Shown here in pieces: positions 18,493-29,113 of a stretch of DNA of 64,000 bases (position 1 is its first letter; every line of letters begins with the position of its first letter). Below the pieces are notes generated by a model. It searched no databases and was not told the origin of the DNA. It saw nothing but the letters and a program-made list of their open reading frames with translations. Where the stretch lies: the NCBI GenBank assembly GCA_905339405.1, contig CAJPGC010000011.1:7588-71587 (forward strand), written 5' to 3'. The DNA is from an uncultured bacterium. Lineage in GTDB: Bacteria > Desulfobacterota > GWC2-55-46. Both the position numbers and the translations under genes were made by a program.

Positions 18493-20192
18493 CAGGCCCT
18501 GCCGCCGGCTTCGGCGGTCTCCGTCAGGTCTTCGTACAGAAGAGCAATGTTGGATATCTCTCCCCCGGCGTCATAGAGCGGGAAGCTCCTTATCCTGAGC
18601 TTCACCGGCGCCATCATAAGACCCAGCGCCCTCGAGGACATGGGGCTGTAGTTTATGATGAACTCCGTGGTATAGCCCTCGTATGATTTGCGTATGGTCG
18701 TAAGTATGCCCTGGGAAGCCAGCATCCCGTCCTCGAATACGCAGTAGCCGGACGGCTCCATCGAGGGGTCGGCCCCGAGCATGCGCCTCGCCTGGCCGCT
18801 CATGAGCGAGCACCTGCCGTCGGCGCCGAAGACCGCGAGCCCAACCGGCAGCTGCGCCATGAGCCTTTCGAAGAACTTCCTCGTGGAATGCTCCTTCTGG
18901 AAGAGGTCCGAGTGGCCGGACGCGACGGCTATGGAAGAAGCTACCGCCTCAAAAAACCCGAGCTGCTCGCCGTTGAACCTCGACGGGTCCCTGTACATTA
19001 CAAGGAGAAGGCCCGCGCCGCCGTTGTTGTAAAGGAGCGGGACCGATACCGCGAGGCGCGCCCCGGCGCATAACAAAGTGCTTCTCAAAGGCCCCTCCGC
19101 AGCGGAGGCGTCGCCTATGATTAAAGAGCGCTCCTGCCATCCGTGGAAACCCTTGAGCTCGCCTGCCTCCCTGGTAAACCTATCGTCCAGGCCTGAGGCG
19201 GCCTTGAGCTTGAGCGCGCCGCCTTCCATCATGTATACCGCGCCGGAGTCGGCGGAGGCGGCGGCCGTTGCTTCTCCTAAAGCGAACCCGAAGACCTCGT
19301 TCTGCGACAGGGACCTCCCGGCGAACGTCATTATCGAGGAGACCGCCCCGACCTGTATGGAACGTTCCTGGATCGCTGCGCGGAGCGCCTCGCATTCGAG
19401 CGCCTTGTCCTTCAGGCTCCTGTCGATGGAATCGGCCAGGCAGTTGAGCTCCGCGCCGAAAGCCCCCACTGCCCCGGAGTCCTCCTGGAAGCGCGCCCCG
19501 GCATCCCCGCCGAGCAGTCGCCTGACTATTACAGAGGCCTTCGACAGGGGCGAGATGACCCTTTTGTAATAGACGAGGCTGCCGACGAGCATCAGGAGGA
19601 CGAAGCCTATTATCGTCCTCAAGGCGAGCGACTTTGACTCGTTGAAGACGGCAAGACGCCTTTCGGACAGCGCGGTAAGCAGCCTCTCGGCCTTCTCGGT
19701 CGCCAGGACCGTGTTCATGTCGACGGCGTTGTGAATGAGCATGACCTCGTCCTGGGTAATGGCGTCGTTGAGCCTTTTTATCTCCGCCTTTATCGTGACC
19801 CAGTCGTCGGCTATCGTCTTCATGCCTTCGGTGAGGATGGCGTCCTTTTTCCAAACCTCGCTGTACCTGGGGTTCTCGACGAGACCGTTGATGTTCTCGT
19901 TCATTGCGGCGACGTCGCCCTTTATGAGCTCTATCGTGCCGCTCTCGAACCTGCGGGCTATCGTGAACATGTCGATGAGGTACTCGAGCTTGGTTATTGA
20001 GACCCTGGCCGAAGTGATGCGCGAGCTCATCTCGTCGTAGAGCTCGACTTTCTCAGATTTTTCGAGGAAGGTGCGGTAGTCGATTATCGCGACGATGAAT
20101 ATGAGGGAAAGGGTTATGAAGAACTTCTGGAAGCTGGACAGGCGTTTGAAAGGTGATCTCATATAATCCCCGGCAGGATGGGCCTGGGACAC
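18492..20192 (-). CDS. Membrane sensor protein with periplasmic helical, HAMP-like, GAF and PAS-like domains and no recognisable output domain
   Basis: Two TM helices; GAF motifs (LKLKAASG, AVSVPL, FFEAVASSIA); PAS-like PVGLAVFGADG; stop overlaps the kinase start (TGATG). Confidence 0.7.
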   Translation of the reverse strand: MSQAHPAGDYMRSPFKRLSSFQKFFITLSLIFIVAIIDYRTFLEKSEKVELYDEMSSRITSARVSITKLEYLIDMFTIARRFESGTIELIKGDVAAMNENINGLVENPRYSEVWKKDAILTEGMKTIADDWVTIKAEIKRLNDAITQDEVMLIHNAVDMNTVLATEKAERLLTALSERRLAVFNESKSLALRTIIGFVLLMLVGSLVYYKRVISPLSKASVIVRRLLGGDAGARFQEDSGAVGAFGAELNCLADSIDRSLKDKALECEALRAAIQERSIQVGAVSSIMTFAGRSLSQNEVFGFALGEATAAASADSGAVYMMEGGALKLKAASGLDDRFTREAGELKGFHGWQERSLIIGDASAAEGPLRSTLLCAGARLAVSVPLLYNNGGAGLLLVMYRDPSRFNGEQLGFFEAVASSIAVASGHSDLFQKEHSTRKFFERLMAQLPVGLAVFGADGRCSLMSGQARRMLGADPSMEPSGYCVFEDGMLASQGILTTIRKSYEGYTTEFIINYSPMSSRALGLMMAPVKLRIRSFPLYDAGGEISNIALLYEDLTETAEAGGRA

Positions 20193-20243
20193 ACGGCTTC
20201 CTTGCCTCTATTTGCTCTCAGTCGGCCCCCTGACCCTGGCGGG

Positions 20244-20813
20244 TCATTTCAAGAGCCTGTGTACGTTCTTCTGGAAATCCTTCAGGCGTATCGGCTTGGG
20301 AAGGCAGAAATCGGCCCCGCACTGGATTATCCTCTCGATGTCCTCGGTGCCGTAGGCCGTGACGGCGAGTATCTTGATGTCTTTCGTGCTCTTGTCCTGC
20401 TTGATGCGCCTGCAGACCTCGAAACCGTCTATCTTCGGCATCCTGATGTCCAGGACCATCAGTTCCGGCTTGAAATCGCCGACCTTTATGAGCCCTTCAT
20501 AGCCGTCGCCGGCGGTCTCTATGAGGTAGCCGCCGTCCATCGATTCGAGAGCCCCCTTGACGAACTCGACGACGTCATGCTCGTCGTCGATTATGAGGAC
20601 CTTGTGCCTCTCCGGGAAGACCTCTTCTTTTATCTCCAGCTTGTATTTTTCGAGAAAAACAAGGAAATCTTCCCTGTTGACGCGGAAATGGCCGCCCGGC
20701 GTCCTGAACGCGAGGAGCTTGCCGGAGGCTATCCACTTCTTGACCGCGTTTATGGTCACATGGCAGTATGCCGCTATCTCGCCGGTAGTATAAGGTTTTC
20801 TGTCTTCGTTCAT
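20244..20813 (-). CDS. Response regulator with N-terminal excisionase/MerR-like HTH
   Basis: YTTGEIAAYCHVTINAVKKWI...RTPGGHFR followed by a canonical REC (IDDE, VLDIRMP, PKPI). Confidence 0.88.
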   Translation of the reverse strand: MNEDRKPYTTGEIAAYCHVTINAVKKWIASGKLLAFRTPGGHFRVNREDFLVFLEKYKLEIKEEVFPERHKVLIIDDEHDVVEFVKGALESMDGGYLIETAGDGYEGLIKVGDFKPELMVLDIRMPKIDGFEVCRRIKQDKSTKDIKILAVTAYGTEDIERIIQCGADFCLPKPIRLKDFQKNVHRLLK

Positions 20814-20886
20814 CTCAGTAAAGGCTTATGCCTCTGTGGTGGGTGAGTGAGACGTTTACGGGGAATGCTCAAAAGTTCTAATTTTT

Positions 20887-20915
20887 ATAATAATCTTATC
20901 TTCATTGAATTTCAA
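20887..20915 (-). promoter_or_regulatory. sigma70 promoter of the signalling cluster
   Basis: TTGAAA-17-TATTAT. Confidence 0.55.
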
Positions 20916-20942
20916 GGTCAAGTCTTTTTCTCTGGCCGCCCC

Positions 20943-23570
20943 TTATTCCACGCTGCCCAGGTCCGCCCCGGTCTCCATGTTGACCTTTATCGGGACCTTG
21001 AGCGCTACGACCCCTTCCATCTCCCTTTTAACCATGTCTTTCAGCTCATCGAGCTCATCAATGGCGGCCTCGAAAATGAGCTCGTCGTGTATCTGGAGGA
21101 GCATCCTTGAGCGCATGGGGGCAATCCGGCCGCTTATTTTAATCATCGCGGCCTTTATCATGTCAGCCGCGGAACCCTGAATGGGCGTGTTTATGGCGAG
21201 CCTGGCCCCGAGCCTCTGGGTCGACTCCACAGGGCTCTTGAGCTCCGGAATAAACCGCCTCCTGCCGAAAAGGGTCCTTGTCGAACCCTTTTCCGACGCG
21301 TCAAGGACTGTCCTGTCCATGAATTCCTTCACGAGCCTGTAACGGTCGAAGTACCTGTTTATGTACTCTGTGGCCTCTTTCATCGATATCCCGAGCTCTG
21401 TGGAAAGCCCCCAGGGGCCCATCCCGTAGATGATGCCGAAGTTTATGGCCTTTGCCCTCCTCCTCATCTCCGAGGTGACGAGCCCGGGCATGACGCCGAA
21501 GACCTCGGCGGCGGTCCTTTCGTGTATATCCTCGTCGTTCCTGAACGAGCCGATGAGTATCGGGTCGCCTGACATATGGGCCATTATCCGGAGCTCTATC
21601 TGCGAGTAATCGGCTGAAAGAAAGGTGTACCCCTCTTCGGCGACGAACGCCTGCCTTATTCGCGCCGCAGCCTCCCCCCGTATCGGTATGTTCTGCAGGT
21701 TAGGCCTCGAGCTCGAAAGCCGCCCTGTTGCCGTGACAGTCTGGTTGAAGGAGGTGTGGATCCGCCCGGTATCCGGGTCTATCAGCCCCAGAAGGGCGTC
21801 AACGTAGGTCGATTTGAGCTTCGAGAGCTGGCGGAAGCCGATTATGAGCCTCGGGACGTCGTGGCTGGCGGCGAGCTGGGTCAGCACCTCTTCATCGGTG
21901 GAATAGCCGGTCTTGGTCTTTTTCAAAGGCTTGAGGCCGAGCTTCTCGAAAAGAAGCTCGGCGAGCTGCCTGGGCGAGTTGATGTTGAACTCCATCCCGG
22001 CTGCGGCGTATATCCGGCTTTCCATCGAGACGAGTTCTATCTCGATTTCTTTCGAGAGCGAGGTAAGCTTGTCCCTGTCGACTTTTATGCCCAGTATTTC
22101 CATGGAAGCGAGCACCCTGGCGAGCGGAAGCTCCATGTCGGTATAAAGACCGGCAAGGCCGAATTCATCAAGTTCTTTTTGAAGTATCTCCTTTAACCGT
22201 AAAATAATAGTAGCTTTTTTACATTCTGCCATTGTCTCTACTCCGACGTCGGCGCCGTCCCTTACCTCTTCAGGAGAGACGCCCAGCAGGTCATATCCGA
22301 GAAAGCCCACCGTGTGCTCGGGCCTTGAAGGGTTAATGACGTATGAGGCAAGAGAGACGTCCATGCCGACGCCCCTCACCTCGACCCCGTTCCTCCCCGC
22401 CCAAAGGTAGAGGGCCTTGGAGTTATCGGTATGTTTTTTCCTCGTTTCGTCCTGAAGGAAAGGGGCAAGGCAGTCGAGGAGCTTTTTTTCTGAAAGGCCG
22501 CCCCTGGTCACGACGTACCTGGCTACGTTTTCCCCGAAGCCCATTGCAAGCCCCTTGAGGGAGGCCGAGAAACCCTCGCCCTCAAGCACGAGCGCGATAG
22601 AAGCCTCCTTTATTGAAGAAAGCTCGCCTGAAAGAACCGAGAGGGCCGCCTCGTCCTGCACGCCGAGAAAATCCGCGCCCTCGACCTCGACAGGCGCGCT
22701 GACCTCCGGGACCATCTCCCTTACGAGCTTCCTGAATTCGAGCTCGTTCAAAAGCCGCTCCAGCTCCCTGAAGTCCGGGCCCGTGTAACGGAGGGTATCG
22801 AGGCCGCACTCGACGGGCACGTCCGGATGGAGGGTCGCGAGCTTGCGCGAGAGGAACGCCGTATCTTTATTTACAATGAGACTTTCCTTTAACTTCGGCT
22901 TGGAAATCCTCTCAATATTTGAATAAATATCCTCAAGGCCCTCATATTCCGAGAGGAGCTTGGCCGCGGTCTTGAAGCCTATCCCGGGTACGCCAGGTAT
23001 GCTGTCGGAAGTATCTCCGGCAAGAGCCAGGAGGTCCCTTATCTGTGTGGGGGCGACCCCGTACTTCTCCTTCACCTCGGGCGGGCCGTACTCCTTGCCG
23101 GTGAGATAGTCGAGTATGACGGTATTCTCATCGACCAGCTGGTACATGTCCTTGTCGCCGGTTATGATGGCGGTCTTCAGGCCCTCGCCTTCGCATCGTT
23201 TTACAAGGGTGGCGATGACGTCGTCTGCCTCGAAGCCCGGCATCTCTATTGCCGGTATATTGAAGGCCGCGACCATCTTCCTTATGTACGGCACCTGGAC
23301 CACGAGGAGCTCATCCATCGGCTTTCTCTCGGCCTTGTACCCAGCCATCATCTCGTGCCTGAACGAAGGGCCCTTTACGTCGAAGGCTATGGCGACGTAC
23401 TCGGGCTTGAAGTCGTTGAGGATCTTACGCAAGCTCTGAGTGAAGCCGTAGACCGCGTTCGTCGGCAAACCCTTTGAAGTTACAAAGCTCGGAGGGACCG
23501 CGTGGAAAGCGCGGTACATGACCGAGCTGCCGTCGATTATGAAAAAACTCTTTTTAGGGGCTTTGCCCAT
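20943..23570 (-). CDS. polA: DNA polymerase I
   Basis: 5'-3' exonuclease (IIDGSS, FEADDVI, GDTSDSIPGVPGIG), PolA motifs (SADYSQIELR, AKAINFGIIYG, LQIHDEL). Confidence 0.97.
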   Translation of the reverse strand: MGKAPKKSFFIIDGSSVMYRAFHAVPPSFVTSKGLPTNAVYGFTQSLRKILNDFKPEYVAIAFDVKGPSFRHEMMAGYKAERKPMDELLVVQVPYIRKMVAAFNIPAIEMPGFEADDVIATLVKRCEGEGLKTAIITGDKDMYQLVDENTVILDYLTGKEYGPPEVKEKYGVAPTQIRDLLALAGDTSDSIPGVPGIGFKTAAKLLSEYEGLEDIYSNIERISKPKLKESLIVNKDTAFLSRKLATLHPDVPVECGLDTLRYTGPDFRELERLLNELEFRKLVREMVPEVSAPVEVEGADFLGVQDEAALSVLSGELSSIKEASIALVLEGEGFSASLKGLAMGFGENVARYVVTRGGLSEKKLLDCLAPFLQDETRKKHTDNSKALYLWAGRNGVEVRGVGMDVSLASYVINPSRPEHTVGFLGYDLLGVSPEEVRDGADVGVETMAECKKATIILRLKEILQKELDEFGLAGLYTDMELPLARVLASMEILGIKVDRDKLTSLSKEIEIELVSMESRIYAAAGMEFNINSPRQLAELLFEKLGLKPLKKTKTGYSTDEEVLTQLAASHDVPRLIIGFRQLSKLKSTYVDALLGLIDPDTGRIHTSFNQTVTATGRLSSSRPNLQNIPIRGEAAARIRQAFVAEEGYTFLSADYSQIELRIMAHMSGDPILIGSFRNDEDIHERTAAEVFGVMPGLVTSEMRRRAKAINFGIIYGMGPWGLSTELGISMKEATEYINRYFDRYRLVKEFMDRTVLDASEKGSTRTLFGRRRFIPELKSPVESTQRLGARLAINTPIQGSAADMIKAAMIKISGRIAPMRSRMLLQIHDELIFEAAIDELDELKDMVKREMEGVVALKVPIKVNMETGADLGSVE

Positions 23571-23572
23571 GT

Positions 23573-23601
23573 TTGACCGCCGGTTGACCGGATGTTATAC
23601 T
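23573..23601 (+). promoter_or_regulatory. Leaderless sigma70 promoter (extended -10), divergent from polA
   Basis: TTGACC-17-(TGT)TATACT, 6 nt before ATG 23608. Confidence 0.7.
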
Positions 23602-23607
23602 CGTGAG

Positions 23608-24102
23608 ATGAAAAAAACCGCCTTAGCCCTGCTCATACTGCTCCTGTTGCCCTTGAAGGCATGGTCCACGGAGAGCGTCGGAACGGCATTGAACATTGTA
23701 GAGGATTTCAGCAGGGAAGCAAACATATTAATGGAAAGCCGTGGGCTTTCGACGCTTTCCGGCGAAGACAGGGAAAGAACTGCCGAGGCCTTGAAACAGA
23801 TACGCCTGACAGAAGCGCCCGGAAGGGCACGTTCCGAAAAGATCTACCTGCTGGTCAGCTCATATACGGCTGGCGTACTGGAGTCGGTCAGGGCATCAAA
23901 GGGCAAAAAGGAAGCTATCGAGGAAGCCGCTTCGCGCCTCGATGGGCTGCAGAAAAGCATGCTGAAGGGTCTGAGAGCCGCGGTCGACGCGGAGTCAATC
24001 GAGAAGAAAGAGCCGAGGCCAATGCCTTCTTTCGACCTCTCGCCTCATGACGAGCCGCCTGCCGCCCCGGGCAACGACAAGGAAGGGATACTGTTCAGGT
24101 AG
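23608..24102 (+). CDS. Hypothetical exported helical protein
   Basis: Signal peptide MKKTALALLILLLLPLKAWS, host-like codon use, strong promoter. Confidence 0.7.
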   Translation: MKKTALALLILLLLPLKAWSTESVGTALNIVEDFSREANILMESRGLSTLSGEDRERTAEALKQIRLTEAPGRARSEKIYLLVSSYTAGVLESVRASKGKKEAIEEAASRLDGLQKSMLKGLRAAVDAESIEKKEPRPMPSFDLSPHDEPPAAPGNDKEGILFR

Positions 24103-24465
24103 CTATTCCGCCGCCTCGAAGGCGTTCTTCACGAGCTCGAAGGCAAGCTTCCCGCCGCTCATCTCTATGCCAACCACGTCAAACCTCAAGTCTGTATCAA
24201 AGAGCCTGTTGCTCTCTATGTAGAACTGCGAAGTCAGCAGTATCTTCTTCTGCTTCCTGGCGTCAACGCTGGCAGTAGGGCAGCCGAAGCGGTCAGAGCC
24301 CCTTGTCTTGACCTCCACGAAAACGACGGTCTTCCCGTCCCTCGCGACGATGTCAATTTCGCCGTACCTGCACCTGTAGTTCCTTTCCACTACCTTATAG
24401 CCCTTCGATTCCAGGAACAAGGCGGCCTCGTCTTCCCCTCTCCTGCCGATTGACGCCTTATTCAT
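24103..24465 (-). CDS. yraN: YraN family (UPF0102) putative endonuclease
   Basis: GRRGEDEAALFL, RNYRCRYGEIDIVA, FVEVKTR, LRFDVV. Confidence 0.92.
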   Translation of the reverse strand: MNKASIGRRGEDEAALFLESKGYKVVERNYRCRYGEIDIVARDGKTVVFVEVKTRGSDRFGCPTASVDARKQKKILLTSQFYIESNRLFDTDLRFDVVGIEMSGGKLAFELVKNAFEAAE

Positions 24466-25087
24466 CGGAAGGCCCCTTCAAGTCGGAAAACAGGTCCCTT
24501 ATGACTCCCCTGAAAGTCTTCCTGTGAATTGGCGCGGGGCCGTGGACGCCTATGGCGTCCATGTGGTCTTTGGTGCCGTAGCCCTTGTTGGAAGCGAAGT
24601 CGTATTCGGGGAAGCGGTGGTGATAGGCAGCCATTATGGCGTCCCTCGTGGTCTTGGCAACGATCGAAGCGGCGGCAATCGACACGCTCAATGCGTCTCC
24701 CGAAACTATCGTCTTCTGCTCGATATAAGTGTTCACGGGGAAAGAGCCGTCAATGAGGAGGATGTCCGGGCGCACGTCAAGGCGCGCAACCGCCCTTTCC
24801 ATCGCGCGAAGCGTCGCCTTGTGTATGTTGATGAGGTCTATCTCAGCTGGCCAGACGACTCCGATGCCGATGGCGCGGGCTGACCTGAAGACCTCTTTTA
24901 CGAGAGCTTCCCTCGCCTTTGGCGTGAGCTTTTTGGAGTCTTTGAAGCCTGTTTTTACCGGGGGAGGATATGGAAAGATGACTGCTGCCGCGACGACAGG
25001 CCCGGCCAGAGGGCCGCGCCCGGCCTCGTCGACGCCGGAGATGGCTGTAAAGCCTTTCGAATGTGCTTCCTTTTCGTAGGTATCCAT
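24458..25087 (-). CDS. rnhB: Ribonuclease HII
   Basis: GVDEAGRGPLAGPVVAAA, LLIDG, IAAASIVAK. Confidence 0.96.
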   Translation of the reverse strand: MDTYEKEAHSKGFTAISGVDEAGRGPLAGPVVAAAVIFPYPPPVKTGFKDSKKLTPKAREALVKEVFRSARAIGIGVVWPAEIDLINIHKATLRAMERAVARLDVRPDILLIDGSFPVNTYIEQKTIVSGDALSVSIAAASIVAKTTRDAIMAAYHHRFPEYDFASNKGYGTKDHMDAIGVHGPAPIHRKTFRGVIRDLFSDLKGPSDE

Positions 25088-25099
25088 TAGACGGGGGGT

Positions 25100-25130
25100 A
25101 AAAAAAAGGCCCGGCGTTCAGCCGGGCCTT
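25100..25130 (-). terminator. Intrinsic terminator after rplS
   Basis: AAGGCCCGGC-TGAAC-GCCGGGCCTT followed by a T-tract. Confidence 0.8.
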
Positions 25131-25142
25131 GAGTTAACTGGA

Positions 25143-25484
25143 TTACCTCTTTACCTTTATCCTTGCGGCCTTGCCCTTCAGGTCGCGCAGGTAGTAAAGC
25201 TTCGCCCTTCTTACCTTGCCCTTCGTGAGGACCTTTACCGACTCGAGCGCCGGGGAGTTCGCCGGGAATATCCTCTCGACGCCTACTCCGTAGGAGACCT
25301 TCCTCAAGGTGAAGGTCGCGCGCACGCCGTTTCCGCGCATCTTTATGACGGTGCCTTCGAAAGGCTGCACCCTCTCCTTGTCGCCTTCCTTTATCTTCAC
25401 TCTTACGTGAAGGGTGTCACCCGGATGGAAGACCGGGATGTCAGTCCTTATGAAGTCCTTCTCGATATCCTGAATGATGCCCAT
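25143..25484 (-). CDS. rplS: 50S ribosomal protein L19
   Basis: [35 protein letters not shown]; GGAGG SD before ATG 25484. Confidence 0.97.
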   Translation of the reverse strand: MGIIQDIEKDFIRTDIPVFHPGDTLHVRVKIKEGDKERVQPFEGTVIKMRGNGVRATFTLRKVSYGVGVERIFPANSPALESVKVLTKGKVRRAKLYYLRDLKGKAARIKVKR

Positions 25485-25534
25485 TTGATAGCCTCCGCGA
25501 ATTGATTGAATCCATTTGGAAATAATAAACATGA

Positions 25535-25563
25535 ATTATGCAAGAACTCGAAGCGAATTGCAA
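25535..25563 (-). promoter_or_regulatory. Internal sigma70 promoter for rplS
   Basis: TTGCAA-17-CATAAT in an AT-rich spacer. Confidence 0.55.
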
Positions 25564-25643
25564 TAGAAAAATAATAGAAACAGCAAGAAAAATTGAAGCC
25601 TTGAAGACAGTATACAATAGACCAGCCCTGCCCTGCCTGCCGC

Positions 25644-26375
25644 CTAGCTCTTACCCCTTTTGAGCTCCTCGAGGAAAGCCTTGTCCTCGGCCGTGAGGTC
25701 GGCAAATTCAATGAGGTCGGGCCTTTTGTGAAACGTCCTCCTCAGGGATTCTTGCCTGCGCCATTTCTCAATTAACGCGTGGTTCCCGGAGATGAGCACG
25801 TCAGGCACCCGCATTCCCCTGAACTCTTCAGGCCTCGTGTACTGCGGGTACTCTAGCAGACCGGCTGAAAAGGAATCACTCTCGCTCGATTCAGGCTCGC
25901 CGAGGACGCCTGGGATGAGCCTTGCAACGGCGTCGATTATGGCCAGGGCTGGTATCTCGCCGCCTGAAAGGACGTAATCGCCCACAGAGACTTCACGGCC
26001 GGCAAAAGACCTTATGCGCTCGTCGTAACCTTCGTACCTGCCGCAGACGATTATGAGGGAGGACAAAGCGGCAAACTCCGCGGCAGTCTTCTGGGTAAAC
26101 CTCTCGCCCTGCGGCGTCGTCATTACGACCGTAGCGCCGGGCCTTTGCGCCTTCAACGCCTCTATGGCCGCAGCCATAGGCTCGACCTTCATGACCATGC
26201 CGTGGCCGCCGCCGTACGGGTAGTCGTCGGTCGTCTTGTGCTTGTCGAGCGTGAAATCACGGAGGTTATGGGCCTCAACCCGCAGCACTCCCTTGGCTAT
26301 CGCCTTGCCGACTACGCTCTGCCTTAACGGGGAAGAGAAGAATTCAGGAAAAAGGGTGAGGATGTCGAATACCAT
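25644..26375 (-). CDS. trmD: tRNA (guanine-N1)-methyltransferase
   Basis: DDYPYGGGHGMVMK, VCGRYEGYDER, DYVLSGGE, LLEYPQYTRP. Confidence 0.96.
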   Translation of the reverse strand: MVFDILTLFPEFFSSPLRQSVVGKAIAKGVLRVEAHNLRDFTLDKHKTTDDYPYGGGHGMVMKVEPMAAAIEALKAQRPGATVVMTTPQGERFTQKTAAEFAALSSLIIVCGRYEGYDERIRSFAGREVSVGDYVLSGGEIPALAIIDAVARLIPGVLGEPESSESDSFSAGLLEYPQYTRPEEFRGMRVPDVLISGNHALIEKWRRQESLRRTFHKRPDLIEFADLTAEDKAFLEELKRGKS

Positions 26376-26398
26376 TGCGGGGAACAAGGCCTTTCACT

Positions 26399-26908
26399 TC
26401 AATCAGGAAGAAGCCCCTCCATGAGACGGACCGTGATCTTCCTTTTTTCAGGCTCTACCCTGATAATGACGCTCTCTATGGCCGGGATGAGCACGTCTCC
26501 TAAAGGCCCGGAGGTCTCAAGGACGTCGTTGCTGCCGGTGGAGAAGACGTTCTCGACTTTTCCCACGGGCTTGCCCTCTTCGGTGAAGACCTCCATGCCG
26601 ACGAGGTCGGCATAGTAGTACTCGTCCTCTCCGGCTTCCGGGATGCCGGACTTGTGCACGAAGACCTCGCGCCCGGCTAGCGTCTCAGCCGTGTTCCTGT
26701 CGGGCACGCCTTCGAGGAAGACGAGGTAGACGCCCTTGTGGACGCGGCTTGAGAGCACCTTGCGGGGCTCCAGCGCCTTACCGCTGGCGATATAGACGGT
26801 CCCCCACTGGACGTCCTCAAGCGGCCCGTAAGGGGCGAGTTTCACCTCGCCCCTTATGCCGTGTACGCCGGAGATCTTTCCGATGGGGATGAGTTCTTCT
26901 TTACTCAA
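26399..26908 (-). CDS. rimM: Ribosome maturation factor RimM
   Basis: [31 protein letters not shown]; TTG start. Confidence 0.95.
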   Translation of the reverse strand: MSKEELIPIGKISGVHGIRGEVKLAPYGPLEDVQWGTVYIASGKALEPRKVLSSRVHKGVYLVFLEGVPDRNTAETLAGREVFVHKSGIPEAGEDEYYYADLVGMEVFTEEGKPVGKVENVFSTGSNDVLETSGPLGDVLIPAIESVIIRVEPEKRKITVRLMEGLLPD

Positions 26909-27131
26909 TTATCTCAAGCACAGAGCGCTTCTTGAGCTTCGTGGAAGCCGCGGTCAGGATGGTCCTGATGGCCCGCGCCGTCCTGCCCTGCTTCCCTATT
27001 ATCTTTCCCAAGTCTTCCTTCGCAACAGACAACTCGATTACAGAGGTCTTCTCTCCTACTACCTCAACGACCCTTACATCTTCCGGATGATCGACAAGAG
27101 CCTTCGCGATGTACTCGATTAGGTCCTTCAT
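26901..27131 (-). CDS. khpA: KH-domain RNA-binding protein
   Basis: [17 protein letters not shown]; canonical position between rpsP and rimM. Confidence 0.92.
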   Translation of the reverse strand: MKDLIEYIAKALVDHPEDVRVVEVVGEKTSVIELSVAKEDLGKIIGKQGRTARAIRTILTAASTKLKKRSVLEIIE

Positions 27132-27201
27132 GCGATACCCTCCGAACGGCCTGTTGTAGGTTCAGGGTGTCTGTATATGGCCCTCCGCCGCGCCTGGAGA
27201 C

Positions 27202-27447
27202 TTAAGCAGCCTTCTGAGCCTTTTTGAGAAGCTGCTTTACGGTATCAGTCGGTACCGCGCCCTGGTTGAGCCAGAATGCGACCCTGTCACCCTTGAGGTC
27301 GACCTTGGCCGGCTCAGTCATGGGGTTGTAGGTGCCGATTACCTCGAGGAAGCTGCCGTCCCTCGGTGATTCGGAATCAGCCACCACGATACGATAAAAG
27401 GGCTTCTTCTTTCCGCCTTGCCTTGTGAGCCTGATCTTTACTGCCAT
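27202..27447 (-). CDS. rpsP: 30S ribosomal protein S16
   Basis: [33 protein letters not shown]. Confidence 0.97.
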   Translation of the reverse strand: MAVKIRLTRQGGKKKPFYRIVVADSESPRDGSFLEVIGTYNPMTEPAKVDLKGDRVAFWLNQGAVPTDTVKQLLKKAQKAA

Positions 27448-27499
27448 TGTTCCGTGTTCCTCCGTCTGTTTTGTTAAGCTATTTTGGACCGAACGCTTC

Positions 27500-28831
27500 T
27501 TACATGAACTTCTGGAAAAGACCCTTTATACCCCTCGGACCAGCGCTCTTGAACTTCTTCATCATCTTGCGCATGTCCGAGTACTGTTTTATGAGCTTGT
27601 TGACTTCCTGCACCTTGGTGCCGCTGCCCTTGGCTATCCTCTGGCGCCTGCTGGCGTTAAGGATGGCGGGGTTGTGCCTCTCGGGCCTGGTCATGGAATT
27701 GATTATCGCCTCTATCCTGGACAGTTCCTTCTCGTCTATCTGTATGTCCTTCGCCTTTTTTATGGCGTCGAACCCCGGCACCATCGAGAGTATAGATTCA
27801 ATGGAGCCGAGCTTTTTAATCTGCTGGAGCTGGGCCTTGAAGTCTTCCAGCGTGAACTCGTCCTTCTTGAGCTTCTTCTGGAGCTCCTGGGCCTGCTTCT
27901 CGTCGAACGCGCCCTGCGCCTTTTCAATGAGCGTCAGGACGTCGCCCATGTCGAGGATCCTGCCCGCGAGCCTTCCGGGGTGGAAGACCTCGAGTGCGTC
28001 GACCTTCTCGCCGGTGCCCACGAACTTTATCGGGCTGCCGGTGGTCATCCTCATGGAAAGGGCGGCTCCGCCCCTGGCGTCTCCGTCGAACTTAGTCAGT
28101 ACGACGCCGGTTATGCCTATTGCCTCGTTGAAGCCCTTGGCAGTGTTGACGGCGTCCTGTCCGGTCATGGAGTCAGCTACGAACAGGACCTCAGAGGGCT
28201 TCAGTATCTCTTTCATGCCCTTCAGCTGGGTCATGAGGGTCTCGTCTATATGGAGCCTTCCGGCCGTGTCAACGAGGAGTATGTCGTAGCCCTTGAGGGC
28301 GGCTATCCTTGCGGCCTCGGCGCATATGTCCGCCGGAGAAGTGTAGCCTTCGCTGTCGAAACAGTCGACCTTTATCTCGGCCGCCAGCCTCTTGAGCTGC
28401 AGAACGGCCGCGAGCCTGAAAAGGTCGGCCGGTACTATGTACGGGTTCCTGCCCTTCTTTTTAAGGTGCAGAGCGAGCTTCGCGGTCGTGGTCGTCTTGC
28501 CGGAGCCCTGGAGGCCGACCATCATGATGACGGCAGGCTTGCCCTTGAGCTCAAGGCCCGCGTCCTCGCCGCCCAGGAGCCTGGTGAGCTCGTCATGGAC
28601 TATCTTCGTGAACTGCTGGCCCGGGGAAAGGCTCTCCAGGACTTCCTTGCCGAGCGCCTTTTCCTTGACGGTGGCGACGAAGTCCTTGACGATGGCGAAG
28701 TTTACGTCCGCCTCGAGGAGGGCGAGCCTCACCTCTTTCAAGACGTCCTGGACGTTGGACTCGCTTAAAGTCCCCTGTCCCCTGACGTCTCTAAGTATTT
28801 TTCTGAATTTATCTGAAAGTGACTCTAACAT
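27500..28831 (-). CDS. ffh: Signal recognition particle protein Ffh
   Basis: [26 protein letters not shown] domain ([19 protein letters not shown]). Confidence 0.97.
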   Translation of the reverse strand: MLESLSDKFRKILRDVRGQGTLSESNVQDVLKEVRLALLEADVNFAIVKDFVATVKEKALGKEVLESLSPGQQFTKIVHDELTRLLGGEDAGLELKGKPAVIMMVGLQGSGKTTTTAKLALHLKKKGRNPYIVPADLFRLAAVLQLKRLAAEIKVDCFDSEGYTSPADICAEAARIAALKGYDILLVDTAGRLHIDETLMTQLKGMKEILKPSEVLFVADSMTGQDAVNTAKGFNEAIGITGVVLTKFDGDARGGAALSMRMTTGSPIKFVGTGEKVDALEVFHPGRLAGRILDMGDVLTLIEKAQGAFDEKQAQELQKKLKKDEFTLEDFKAQLQQIKKLGSIESILSMVPGFDAIKKAKDIQIDEKELSRIEAIINSMTRPERHNPAILNASRRQRIAKGSGTKVQEVNKLIKQYSDMRKMMKKFKSAGPRGIKGLFQKFM

Positions 28832-29075
28832 CGCTCATTCCATGCCGTAGTTGACAACAGGCGCATTACCGTCTTTGTACAATTATACCTTCAAAAATCG
28901 CATCCCGCTTCATGCCGGGCTGAAAAAACACGAATACGACGAGCGCGAAACTGCGCAAATTATTCAATAATAAAGGATTGCAAGGGGGCGTGTCAAGCCA
29001 TTAATTCATATGATTTCCAAATATTTCCGATAAGAAGGCGACGCCTGGAGCGCAAAGTGCCCGTTCCATAACGCA

Positions 29076-29105
29076 TTGACACTAATGCCGGTTTTCTGTT
29101 ATTTT
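29076..29105 (+). promoter_or_regulatory. Near-leaderless sigma70 promoter
   Basis: TTGACA-18-(TGT)TATTTT, 8 nt before ATG 29114. Confidence 0.5.
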
Positions 29106-29113
29106 ATATCCCG

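Noticed and set aside
16771-18576. 601-aa + strand ORF, and similar long ORFs at 27425-28768, 30487-31545, 41226-42182 and 53490-54395
   Set aside because: Antisense shadows of well-supported genes; expected with high GC3; no motifs
5844-20813. Prophage implied by the tailspike-like beta-helix and excisionase-type HTH
   Set aside because: The beta-helix has a signal peptide and membrane tail; the HTH is fused to a receiver; no phage structural or integrase genes
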